From the IMG/VR virus record IMGVR_UViG_3300026488_000022, positions 1 to 64,000 of that record: a stretch of 64,000 nt of DNA, one strand, 5' to 3'. Positions 56,120-64,000 of the stretch are shown in pieces; within the stretch, counting starts at the first letter, position 1; every line of letters begins with the position of its first letter. The stretch is from a virus. Made by a program: the position numbers and the translations under genes. A model generated the notes under the pieces. That model had not been told where the DNA came from. It worked only from the letters and a program-made list of their open reading frames with translations, and ran no database searches.

Positions 56120-56194
56120 TTGTTTTAAAAAAATTATATCTTATAGTCTCTGGCACTAACTTGATTAAAAATAGAGAGAGAAAGGGGAGGAGAT

Positions 56195-56521
56195 TTAATA
56201 TTCGTTTTTTATTTTTAATTTTTTTATAAAATTAAGCCATCTTTTTTCTTTTATTTCTTTAAATTCACCTTTATCATACCAATACCATTTTTTAAGCTTC
56301 CTGTTATAGAAAGCTTTTTCATTTAAAATTAAAAATTTTTCAATATCTTTCCACAAATATTTTGGGAGATGGTCGTCAGCTGCCCATCTCCCATTGTTAT
56401 ACAAAAAAATGTTTCCTCCTTTACTAAAAGAAGGTCCTTCAAATACATACCATACTCTTCCCATTTTATCGTTGTCTATTTTCCACTTATACTTTCTCAG
56501 CTCAATTTGTATGTTTAACAT
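56195..56521 (-). CDS. Hypothetical early protein (Trp/Lys rich)
   Basis: AAGGAG RBS, last gene of an early operon. Confidence 0.65.
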   Translation of the reverse strand: MLNIQIELRKYKWKIDNDKMGRVWYVFEGPSFSKGGNIFLYNNGRWAADDHLPKYLWKDIEKFLILNEKAFYNRKLKKWYWYDKGEFKEIKEKRWLNFIKKLKIKNEY

Positions 56522-56537
56522 TTTTTCTCCTTTTTAG

Positions 56538-56945
56538 TTAATTAATTCTGTAAATAAAAAATATTTTATCATCTACTATAAATTCTCTTTCTTCGCTGTC
56601 ATAAGGAGCAAGGATACTCCCTGCTCCGTCTGACAGCAAAACATCCTCAATCCAGGCCTCTACATCTATGTAATATTGTAGAGGCTCTGGGACTTCTGGA
56701 GCATAACACTCTTCATAAATTTCAGATAGTTTGTCTTTCGCAAACTCTTTAACAGCATCATAATTATCAAAAATTAGAAATTGACGACAACTGCAATCAG
56801 TGAAGAGATAATTACTTTTTTCATAAAATCTACAATTTTTTATTTCTTTTGTAGGTATTTCAAAAACTTTTGCTAAATTTTTTAAATCTTCTCTACTTTT
56901 AATGTTAAAAAACTCTATAATTTCTTTAAAAGTTAATTCTTTCAT
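56538..56945 (-). CDS. Acidic early protein with ArdA-like C-terminal motif
   Basis: EVPEPLQYYIDVEAWIEDVLLSDG. Confidence 0.45.
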   Translation of the reverse strand: MKELTFKEIIEFFNIKSREDLKNLAKVFEIPTKEIKNCRFYEKSNYLFTDCSCRQFLIFDNYDAVKEFAKDKLSEIYEECYAPEVPEPLQYYIDVEAWIEDVLLSDGAGSILAPYDSEEREFIVDDKIFFIYRIN

Positions 56946-57241
56946 TTTATTCCTCCTCTTTTTGTTTTTAATTTTTCATCAATTTTTTCTATTTTTTCTT
57001 TAGTATTCTCTACATATTCGACAATTTTAGCTAAAATTTTTTCAAGCTCTTCAATCTCCTCAATTTTAACAAATAATTTTCCTGAATTCACGTCATAATA
57101 AACGTGAGGAAAATCATTATAATCAATTTTTGCAATAACCTCGTCAGCACCTGCTCTTCTTATAATGAATTCATCAGTAAATTCATTGTAAGTTACATTT
57201 AGAGATTTTAAAAATTTATTTAATTTTACTTCAAATTTCAT
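56942..57241 (-). CDS. Hypothetical early protein
   Basis: AAGGAG RBS identical in context to that of 57594. Confidence 0.65.
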   Translation of the reverse strand: MKFEVKLNKFLKSLNVTYNEFTDEFIIRRAGADEVIAKIDYNDFPHVYYDVNSGKLFVKIEEIEELEKILAKIVEYVENTKEKIEKIDEKLKTKRGGIK

Positions 57242-57271
57242 TTTCGCTCCTTTTGTTTTTTAATTTTTAGC

Positions 57272-57320
57272 CTCTCAGCTTATATAAACAGACACTCCAT
57301 CTGTTTATATAAGCTGAGAG
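57272..57320. other. Perfect 21-bp inverted repeat with 7-nt loop
   Basis: CTCTCAGCTTATATAAACAGA-CACTCCA-TCTGTTTATATAAGCTGAGAG. Confidence 0.95.
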
Positions 57321-57330
57321 AAGAAGAGTG

Positions 57331-57594
57331 TTATTTAAAACACTCTTCTTCTTCCCTTAATCTTTCTTTATACCACGAAACCCATTTTTGTGGGTTTCTT
57401 GGAGCTATTACCCAGCTCCAATTATATTCTACTACTACATCCCCATCTCTTTCAAAAGGGGTAGCAAATTCAACTGCCACCCAGTCATTAATTATCTCAA
57501 TAGAGCGGAAAATTTCCGCTCCTTCTATTTTATTTTTTACTTTTCTCATTTCTTTTAATATTTTTTTAGCTTCTTTTAGTGTTATTTCTTTCAT
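57331..57594 (-). CDS. Hypothetical early protein
   Basis: First gene after the cassette-type promoter. Confidence 0.7.
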   Translation of the reverse strand: MKEITLKEAKKILKEMRKVKNKIEGAEIFRSIEIINDWVAVEFATPFERDGDVVVEYNWSWVIAPRNPQKWVSWYKERLREEEECFK

Positions 57595-57633
57595 TTTCGC
57601 TCCTTTTGTTTTTGTTTTTGTTTTACACTTAGA

Positions 57634-57662
57634 ATTATAAAATATTTTTTACTTTATGTCAA
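57634..57662 (-). promoter_or_regulatory. Consensus sigma70 early promoter (cassette type)
   Basis: TTGACA-17 bp-TATAAT with same flanks as 41271. Confidence 0.88.
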
Positions 57663-57823
57663 GAGTTTTTTACCTTTTTTCAAAAATTTTTAAAAAATTT
57701 GTTTGCTTATAAATTGTATATACATTATATATAAAAAATAGCTCCAAAAAATTTAAGTGCTAAACACCAAAAATTTTGTATTACTAATTTTTGTAAAATA
57801 ATCAAATTTTATTCAATAATATA

Positions 57824-57915
57824 CTATTACCGGTTTTTCAGCAGATTTTGAAAAGTTTATTTCTAATTTCTATTACTGGTTTTTCAGCAGATTTTGAAAA
57901 GTTTATTTCTAATTC
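57824..57915. repeat. 46-bp tandem duplication
   Basis: CTATTACYGGTTTTTCAGCAGATTTTGAAAAGTTTATTTCTAATTY twice. Confidence 0.95.
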
Positions 57916-58341
57916 CCTAAATTTCGGGAAGTTTAAATTTTCAATCTCTTGTAAATTGTGCCAAATTTGTTTTTATAAAGCTTTTATTTGTCTTTTAATT
58001 TTTATCAAAAATTGTTAATAAGTTAGAGAAAATTTTAATTTTAGAGCTTTTTGTTCTAAGATAAAAAAGATATTTACAATATGCCCTACTAAACGTATTT
58101 TTTTATATTTCTTATTAATTATTTTATAACTAAATTTTTGTTTCATAGAGATTTCTTTTTAAAAATATAAAATTTAATCTTAAAAAGAAATATTAATTTA
58201 AAAGATAAATTTATAACATAAATCAATCTTATGTTTTATTTTTCTATATTTTAAAATTTTATTTTATTTTAAAATAAAATAATAAAAGATAATGAAGTAA
58301 CAAGAGGGAAAGAAAAAGAAATTTAATTTTTATATTTTATT

Positions 58342-59712
58342 TTAAGAAGAACTTTTTAAGGGATTTTTAGTAATTACTAAATCCTCAAAATTATCTGCTT
58401 TATCTTTATCAACTCTAAACTCTTTAAATCTTGGAAAGTCCATAACTAATTGCTTTTCTTTATCTGCATTTATTATACAATATAAATCTGTATAATAAAT
58501 TTCTACAAGTTTTCCAATTAATTTGTTTCCGTCAAGTTCTCTAATTTCATCAGTTAATCCGCTTCCTACTTTGATTTCAAATTTTTTATCTTCTGTTTGG
58601 CAAATAAATCCACCTATTTTACCTTTATATTTTCCTTCACCTTCAAACCAATCTACAATTTTTAAAGTGCAACTTTCAAGTCCTTTATATTTAATCCATT
58701 TTTTACTTCTTTTTTTCTCATAAACTCCACTTAAATCTTTAAGCATAATCCCTTCACCATTTTTATTTCTAATTTCATCAAAAAAATCTTTAACTTGTTT
58801 AAAGTTGTCACACACAAATTGCTCAACTAATTTAATAAAATTTTTATCGTTTGAATTTTTGACCCCCCTTAAATTTTGACCCCCCTTAAATTTTGACCCC
58901 CCTAAAATACGCTCAAGTCTAACCCGCCTATCTTTCAAGGGCGGACAGTAGGATTTAAGATTATTCCACTCTCTAATTGTGAGATAATCAAAACAATAAA
59001 AACTAAGCTCTTGTTTTTCTTGTTCTGTTGCAGTTTCTTTTAACACTTTATTAACTAAACCGCTTGTTTCTTGTCTTGTGTTTGCAAGTAACTCACCGTC
59101 ATAATAGCCGTCAGGTTTATTTTTTAATTCATCAAAAATGTGTGGTAAATTCAAAACACTACCGTTATAAGTAACTGCATTTATTTCATTTTTGTTTTTA
59201 TAAATAAGACATCTTACACCGTCTAATTTTTCTTCTACTGCAACAGGAAATTTAATCTCATTAATATCAATTTTATTTAAATCATATGCTTTCATAATTG
59301 TTGTATCAGGGATAAATTCATAACCTAATGCCTCATTTATTAATTTAACTTTAACTCCAATTTTTAATTTTTTAGTTAAAATATCTTGATAATATTTACC
59401 TTCTATCCCACAATTAGACAAAAAACTAATTACTTTAGTTTCAATTTCTTTGCTTTTACCTTTTACTTTACTGATATTATCTATTACATTTAAAAAAACT
59501 TTTGGAGGCATAATGAAGCCTCCGTGTTTATAAGAAATTTCTGGTAGTTTTTTTATATGTGTATTTATAAAAGGATTAATAAGAATGTTTAACAAATCAA
59601 GAAAATAAGGATACTCCTTATTTTCTCTAATAATTTCTATTTTTTTATTTTTAGATTGTGTCATTAAGAGTTTGTTAAAACCTTCTATCCATTTAAAATT
59701 TTCTTTTTTCAT
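58342..59712 (-). CDS. ATP-dependent DNA ligase
   Basis: EEKLDGVR (KxDGxR), YDGEL, FDYL, EGIMLK, KWIKYK, VGSG, FPRF..FR.DK. Confidence 0.95.
   Translation of the reverse strand: MKKENFKWIEGFNKLLMTQSKNKKIEIIRENKEYPYFLDLLNILINPFINTHIKKLPEISYKHGGFIMPPKVFLNVIDNISKVKGKSKEIETKVISFLSNCGIEGKYYQDILTKKLKIGVKVKLINEALGYEFIPDTTIMKAYDLNKIDINEIKFPVAVEEKLDGVRCLIYKNKNEINAVTYNGSVLNLPHIFDELKNKPDGYYDGELLANTRQETSGLVNKVLKETATEQEKQELSFYCFDYLTIREWNNLKSYCPPLKDRRVRLERILGGSKFKGGQNLRGVKNSNDKNFIKLVEQFVCDNFKQVKDFFDEIRNKNGEGIMLKDLSGVYEKKRSKKWIKYKGLESCTLKIVDWFEGEGKYKGKIGGFICQTEDKKFEIKVGSGLTDEIRELDGNKLIGKLVEIYYTDLYCIINADKEKQLVMDFPRFKEFRVDKDKADNFEDLVITKNPLKSSS
58857..58906. repeat. 17-bp tandem repeat x3 inside the ligase gene
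   Basis: TTTTGACCCCCCTTAAA x2 plus TTTTGACCCCCCTAAA. Confidence 0.95.
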
Positions 59713-59715
59713 TTT

Positions 59716-59979
59716 TTACTTCTCCTTACAGATTTCTCTTAAAAAGCCTAACAACTCATAGCTACCAAGCTCTTCTACAAAATCACTCCAATATAGTTTA
59801 AACTCACCTAAAAACATTACGTCTTCTTCTAAATGATTATTATTCATATATGTTATTGGGTAACCGTAACTAATTGTAATATACATTTTTTCACCATTTA
59901 AAAATTCCTCTATAACTTCTCTGGCATTTTCATAAATTTTATCATAAGCTTCATCAAAGTCTTTGGCATTAATCCACAT
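59716..59979 (-). CDS. Acidic hypothetical protein
   Basis: GAGGAG RBS. Confidence 0.6.
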   Translation of the reverse strand: MWINAKDFDEAYDKIYENAREVIEEFLNGEKMYITISYGYPITYMNNNHLEEDVMFLGEFKLYWSDFVEELGSYELLGFLREICKEK

Positions 59980-59981
59980 TT

Positions 59982-60284
59982 TTAAACTCCTCTTTTTATA
60001 GTCTCCTTTAATTCATTTAAAATTTTTTTTAATTTACTTACTTCATTTTCACAAAACTCTTTAAAATTTTTAATTTTTTCTTTAATTTCTCCTTCATCTG
60101 CACCATAAAATACAACTATGTTTTTATTGTTCCAATAATCTGCATTATCAAACCCAAAACTGTCAGGGACATCAATTTCTTTTTTAATTGAATGTCTTTC
60201 TTCGCTAAGATAAAATTCTATTTTATGCCCCCTCATATTTAAAATATGAGGGTTAATATCTTTTGTTAAAAATGTTACTTTCAT
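59982..60284 (-). CDS. Hypothetical protein
   Basis: AAGGA RBS. Confidence 0.6.
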   Translation of the reverse strand: MKVTFLTKDINPHILNMRGHKIEFYLSEERHSIKKEIDVPDSFGFDNADYWNNKNIVVFYGADEGEIKEKIKNFKEFCENEVSKLKKILNELKETIKRGV

Positions 60285-60294
60285 TATACTTCCT

Positions 60295-60888
60295 TTAATT
60301 TACTTCAAATAAATATAGCAAAATCGGATTAGACCAAGAGCCTTCTTCTTCTGATAAAAAGAAAAATTTATTCCCTTTTTTTATTAATGTAATATCTTTT
60401 CTTGCAAAATATTTGTTTAGCAATCTGTGCAAGATTACAGTTTCTTTTTCTTTTAGATTGCAGTGATACTCCACGAGAGTATCATCCCACTGATATGCTC
60501 TTTTGTATTTTTTCACTTTTTTAAGTCTAAAAGATGTAATATTTCTTTTTAACAATTCATTTAATAGTTCTATCTCGTTAATTGTATGATTAATATCTTC
60601 TACAATTAGCCCACGTTGATTATCATTGTAATCAACATTTCTTTTACATCTTTCACATTCCTCTGTGTATGCACCAAATGCCTCTTCACACTCTTCATAA
60701 GTGTAAAGAGGGTCATACGCTTCATACTCCTCTTCAAGATATTTAAGAGCTTCTTGGAGGTCTTTAATTTTTCTTCTAATTAAATTTTTATTTATAACTA
60801 CCTCTTCTTTTTCTTCTTTTTTTAAAGGGATTTCTAATCTATAATTATCATAAAGTTCTTTAAAGTTGATTTTAGTTAAAATATCCAT
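60295..60888 (-). CDS. Hypothetical early protein; start revised to MDILTK
   Basis: Track start 60939 lies inside the promoter; AAGGAG precedes ATG 60888. Confidence 0.7.
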   Translation of the reverse strand: MDILTKINFKELYDNYRLEIPLKKEEKEEVVINKNLIRRKIKDLQEALKYLEEEYEAYDPLYTYEECEEAFGAYTEECERCKRNVDYNDNQRGLIVEDINHTINEIELLNELLKRNITSFRLKKVKKYKRAYQWDDTLVEYHCNLKEKETVILHRLLNKYFARKDITLIKKGNKFFFLSEEEGSWSNPILLYLFEVN

Positions 60889-60927
60889 ATTTTCTCCTTT
60901 GTTTTTTGTTTTTGTTTTACACTTAGA

Positions 60928-60956
60928 ATTATAAAACATTTTTTACTTTATGTCAA
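60928..60956 (-). promoter_or_regulatory. Consensus sigma70 early promoter (cassette type)
   Basis: TTGACA-17 bp-TATAAT with same flanks as 43498. Confidence 0.88.
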
Positions 60957-61047
60957 GAGTTTTTTACAAAAAATAAAAAATTCTTTGAAATTACAAAAGA
61001 AAAGAGGTTTTTGTAGATTTGTTTTTAACTAATTTTAATATTAAAAG

Positions 61048-61935
61048 CTAAGAATAAAGAAGTTGTAAGAAATCGTTGAAGTCTTTTTGTCTGCTATTAT
61101 AATACTCTTTTATAAGAGGTTTTTTAGAGCTAATTGCAAGTTTTAAATCAAACCAATTTTTTAAATCTGATTTAAAAAATTTTCTAATCGCCTCTTGTCC
61201 TCTTTTATCATTATCAAGCATAATATAAATTGTATCTATACCTTTTTTTAAAAGATAACTGATTTTATAAGAATTAAAATTAACTGCCAAACCAAAATTT
61301 GCAATAGCTTGAATATTTAATTGATAAAGACTTAAAGCGTCCATAATGCCCTCAACAAGATAAATTTCATTTTGATTTAAGTCAATTCTAGGGTAAATTA
61401 AACTTTTTAAATCCAAGCCTTTTGCATATAAATATTTTGGCTCTAAATTTTTATCATAAGCTCTTGTATTATAGCCTATACAAATATTTTCATCATTATA
61501 AAAAGGAAAAATAACCCTGTCTTTATATAAACCTCTTCTGCAAACATAAAGGTCATATTTTTTAATTGTCTGAAAATTTAACCCCCGCCATTTTTTAGGT
61601 AACTCTTCATTTCTTGGAGGTAAAACAAAAGACTTTGTTTTTATTTGTTCTTGGTTTGTTAATTGTTGTAAAAGATTGTTGTATTTAGTTTGTTGTTGAA
61701 TTTCATAGAGTTCTTCGTCGGAGAAATTAACATTATCTAACCAAAAGTTTTTATTAACTTTGTAACCGCAACCAAAACACTCACCAAAACCCGTTTCAAA
61801 ATTAATCCACATACTTTCGTGTTTATCATCGTGTTCTGGGTTTAAGCAATTAACAAGGAAAAAATTATCCCCTGTTTGTTTATAATTAACTTTTAATTGT
61901 TTGAGTTTATTAATTATTAATAATTTTAAATTCAT
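61048..61935 (-). CDS. DnaG-type DNA primase (zinc finger + TOPRIM), T5-like
   Basis: CLNPEHDDKHES...CFGCG, RVIFP, PKY, LVEGIMDA, LDNDKRG, KDFND. Confidence 0.92.
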   Translation of the reverse strand: MNLKLLIINKLKQLKVNYKQTGDNFFLVNCLNPEHDDKHESMWINFETGFGECFGCGYKVNKNFWLDNVNFSDEELYEIQQQTKYNNLLQQLTNQEQIKTKSFVLPPRNEELPKKWRGLNFQTIKKYDLYVCRRGLYKDRVIFPFYNDENICIGYNTRAYDKNLEPKYLYAKGLDLKSLIYPRIDLNQNEIYLVEGIMDALSLYQLNIQAIANFGLAVNFNSYKISYLLKKGIDTIYIMLDNDKRGQEAIRKFFKSDLKNWFDLKLAISSKKPLIKEYYNSRQKDFNDFLQLLYS

Positions 61936-62413
61936 TGTTAAATCTTTCGATTATTTCTGGCGTATTTTCTTTTCTTAATTGAATATCAAATATTTCCAAA
62001 TTAATTGTTTGAGTATCCAAAAAGACCTTATAATAATTAAATTTTTTTTGAATGTCTTTATCTTTTAAGAGGAAATGTATTTTTTTATAGGTATCTTTTA
62101 GCATAGGCTTGACATTATATATAGTATCAAACCAAAAATAATAAAGAGCATATTTAATAATATGCTGTCCTATTTTTTTAAGTTTTGATTGATTATTGCT
62201 TGTAGCCTCATAAATAAAAACCAAATTCCCCTTTGCTAAATGTAATAGCATATCATCTGGTACATTTAATAAAAATTTTTTGTATGCTTTTTGTTCAAAT
62301 AAAGAAGATTGTAATCTACAAAAAGAAATATTGGAAATTGGATTTATAAAAATATGTCTATGCTGAAAAGCCTCTAACCCTGCTGTTAAATTAACATATT
62401 CTTTTACTATCAT
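61910..62413 (-). CDS. Hypothetical protein with enzyme-like motifs
   Basis: VNLTAGLE, RLQSSLFEQK, LLHLAKG. Confidence 0.6.
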   Translation of the reverse strand: MIVKEYVNLTAGLEAFQHRHIFINPISNISFCRLQSSLFEQKAYKKFLLNVPDDMLLHLAKGNLVFIYEATSNNQSKLKKIGQHIIKYALYYFWFDTIYNVKPMLKDTYKKIHFLLKDKDIQKKFNYYKVFLDTQTINLEIFDIQLRKENTPEIIERFNNEFKIINN

Positions 62414-62622
62414 TTTTTATCCTTTTATTTTATATTTTGAATTTATTTAATTATTGTTTAGTAATTTACTTCATCATTGCCACATTGCTAATAAAATTTG
62501 TTTAATTGCTATTTTTAATTATTATATTATAAAATACTTATTAACATAAAATCAAAAACTTTTATTCTTCTCTAAATTAAAATAATTAAAAAGCTTTAAA
62601 AACTTAAATATTATAATTTATT

Positions 62623-62919
62623 TTAATTTTCTATTAATTGAATATGCAGATTGTTTTTCGCCAAAAGTCCTTTTCTTTTTGCCTTAAAAGTAAAAAATCC
62701 TTCAATTTTATTAAATAAGAGATTGTATAAATCATTAATATTTGAGTTTATCTCAGCTGTTTCAATATATTTATCAATTATACAAAAAATACCTTCTGCT
62801 TTATTTTCAATTTCTTCTTCAGTATTTCCTTTTACTTTGACATATACTTCAAATTTTGAAGTATCTTTATTGATAAAAGAAACAGGAATTTTAAATTCCC
62901 TGTAAATTGTTTTAATCAT
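62623..62919 (-). CDS. Hypothetical protein
   Basis: AAGGAG RBS. Confidence 0.6.
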   Translation of the reverse strand: MIKTIYREFKIPVSFINKDTSKFEVYVKVKGNTEEEIENKAEGIFCIIDKYIETAEINSNINDLYNLLFNKIEGFFTFKAKRKGLLAKNNLHIQLIEN

Positions 62920-62932
62920 TTTTATCTCCTTG

Positions 62933-63361
62933 TTAATGTGAATTTACTTCTATCGTAGGTAATGGTACTTGTGTTGTAACTTTTGTTTCTACTATAGGTA
63001 TAATAGTTTGAGGTCTAAAATTAACTTTGTAATAATAAGCAGGAACATTTATCTCTTTTAATTGTTCAACAAAATAAGCTGTGTTATCTGATAATCCAAA
63101 ATATTCTTTAATGTAAGAGTTGTCTCCAACTTTACAAGTTACTTCTAATTGATTATCATATTTATCGTACTCTATACTACAAAACCCTTTTATCTCAAGT
63201 AAATATTTATCAGTTATACCATTAAAAAACACAATCCGTCTTAACACCTTAAAATTATCTGCCTCATAGCTAATATTATATGAGGCAGTTGTTGCCTCTC
63301 TTGAACAACCTATAAATAAGGTAGCTATTATTAATCCAAAAATTAAAGTTTTAATTTTCAT
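62933..63361 (-). CDS. Phage lipoprotein of unknown function
   Basis: Lipobox FIGC; ASYNIS.EADNF.V.RRIVFFNGITD motif familiar from many phages. Confidence 0.75.
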   Translation of the reverse strand: MKIKTLIFGLIIATLFIGCSREATTASYNISYEADNFKVLRRIVFFNGITDKYLLEIKGFCSIEYDKYDNQLEVTCKVGDNSYIKEYFGLSDNTAYFVEQLKEINVPAYYYKVNFRPQTIIPIVETKVTTQVPLPTIEVNSH

Positions 63362-63962
63362 TTTTATATCCTTTATTCAAATTTATTTTGCAGTTTTTAT
63401 AGTCAGCTTTTACCCATTTAGCTCTTGCTTCAGGTGAAGTATCTTTTTGAAATTTACCATCTACTATTTTACCTTTTCTACTGTTAATTTCTTTCCAAGT
63501 TTCATATAGAGTGCATTTAGGGTCATAACCAAGTTTCATTAACATTCCTATACAAAATACCATAATATCGTTAATACCATCTACAATTTCTTCTTCGCTA
63601 ATTCCTACATAATCATCAAATTTTTTCTTTTCTTCTTCTGATAAATTTAACATAAAGAAATCTTCAACCCATTTTTTTAAAGCAGGACGTCTCTCTTTTG
63701 TGATTTTAAACCCAGCAATTTCAAACATTTCTTCAATTATATTTGTAAATTCGTTTGTCATATTAAATTCTTGCTGGTCTAACAATCTTTCTTTCTGCCA
63801 CTTTTCGATTTTATTTATTACCTTGTTCGGAATATCATCAATGTAAAATAATGTTTGATAACAAATATAAACATAGTGTTTTGTAATTCCAGCAAAATTA
63901 AAATCTTCTATATACCCTATATTGTTAAATTCTACACTAAAAATTTCGTATTCTTTTTTCAC
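63351..63962 (-). CDS. MazG-like nucleotide pyrophosphohydrolase domain protein
   Basis: EIVDGINDIMV...EINSRKGKIVDGKFQKD in the C-terminal half. Confidence 0.7.
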   Translation of the reverse strand: MKKEYEIFSVEFNNIGYIEDFNFAGITKHYVYICYQTLFYIDDIPNKVINKIEKWQKERLLDQQEFNMTNEFTNIIEEMFEIAGFKITKERRPALKKWVEDFFMLNLSEEEKKKFDDYVGISEEEIVDGINDIMVFCIGMLMKLGYDPKCTLYETWKEINSRKGKIVDGKFQKDTSPEARAKWVKADYKNCKINLNKGYKNEN

Positions 63963-64000
63963 ATCAACGACAATTCCATAACCATATCTACAATCCCAAA

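Overview
A very AT-rich, gene-dense segment of a large lytic tailed phage with a siphovirus-type tail. No integrase, tRNA, rRNA or CRISPR array was seen. Left (1-8.2 kb, minus strand): a T5-like DNA metabolism block with SbcC/SbcD, probable SSB, NrdA/NrdB, 5'-3' exonuclease and RuvC. Middle (8.2-48.7 kb, mostly minus): virion and lysis genes, including endolysin, tail tip, a 1974-aa tape measure protein, major capsid, holin/spanins, prohead protease, two tail-tube paralogs, neck, portal, terminase and several modular fibre proteins. Right (49-64 kb): an AEP-type Rep-like protein, many small early genes, ATP-dependent ligase, DnaG-type primase and a MazG-like protein. The most unusual signal is non-coding. 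A ~160-bp element occurs eight times at module boundaries (seven direct, one of them truncated, plus one inverted copy in front of the Rep-like gene). Its two conserved GC-containing boxes are always exactly 38 bp apart, even where the 38 bp are unrelated in sequence. Three copies carry a consensus sigma70 promoter that drives antisense cargo genes, including a Csx20-like ring-nuclease candidate and an ArfA-like peptide. The capsid and neck/tail gene blocks flanked by these elements are swapped relative to the usual order. Also found: a probable late-promoter motif (CYGATATA), a candidate small RNA of covarying tandem hairpins upstream of the portal gene, and several tandem repeats. All protein calls come from motif recognition by eye, not database searches. 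The host is not determinable from the window; lipoprotein spanins imply a diderm bacterium.
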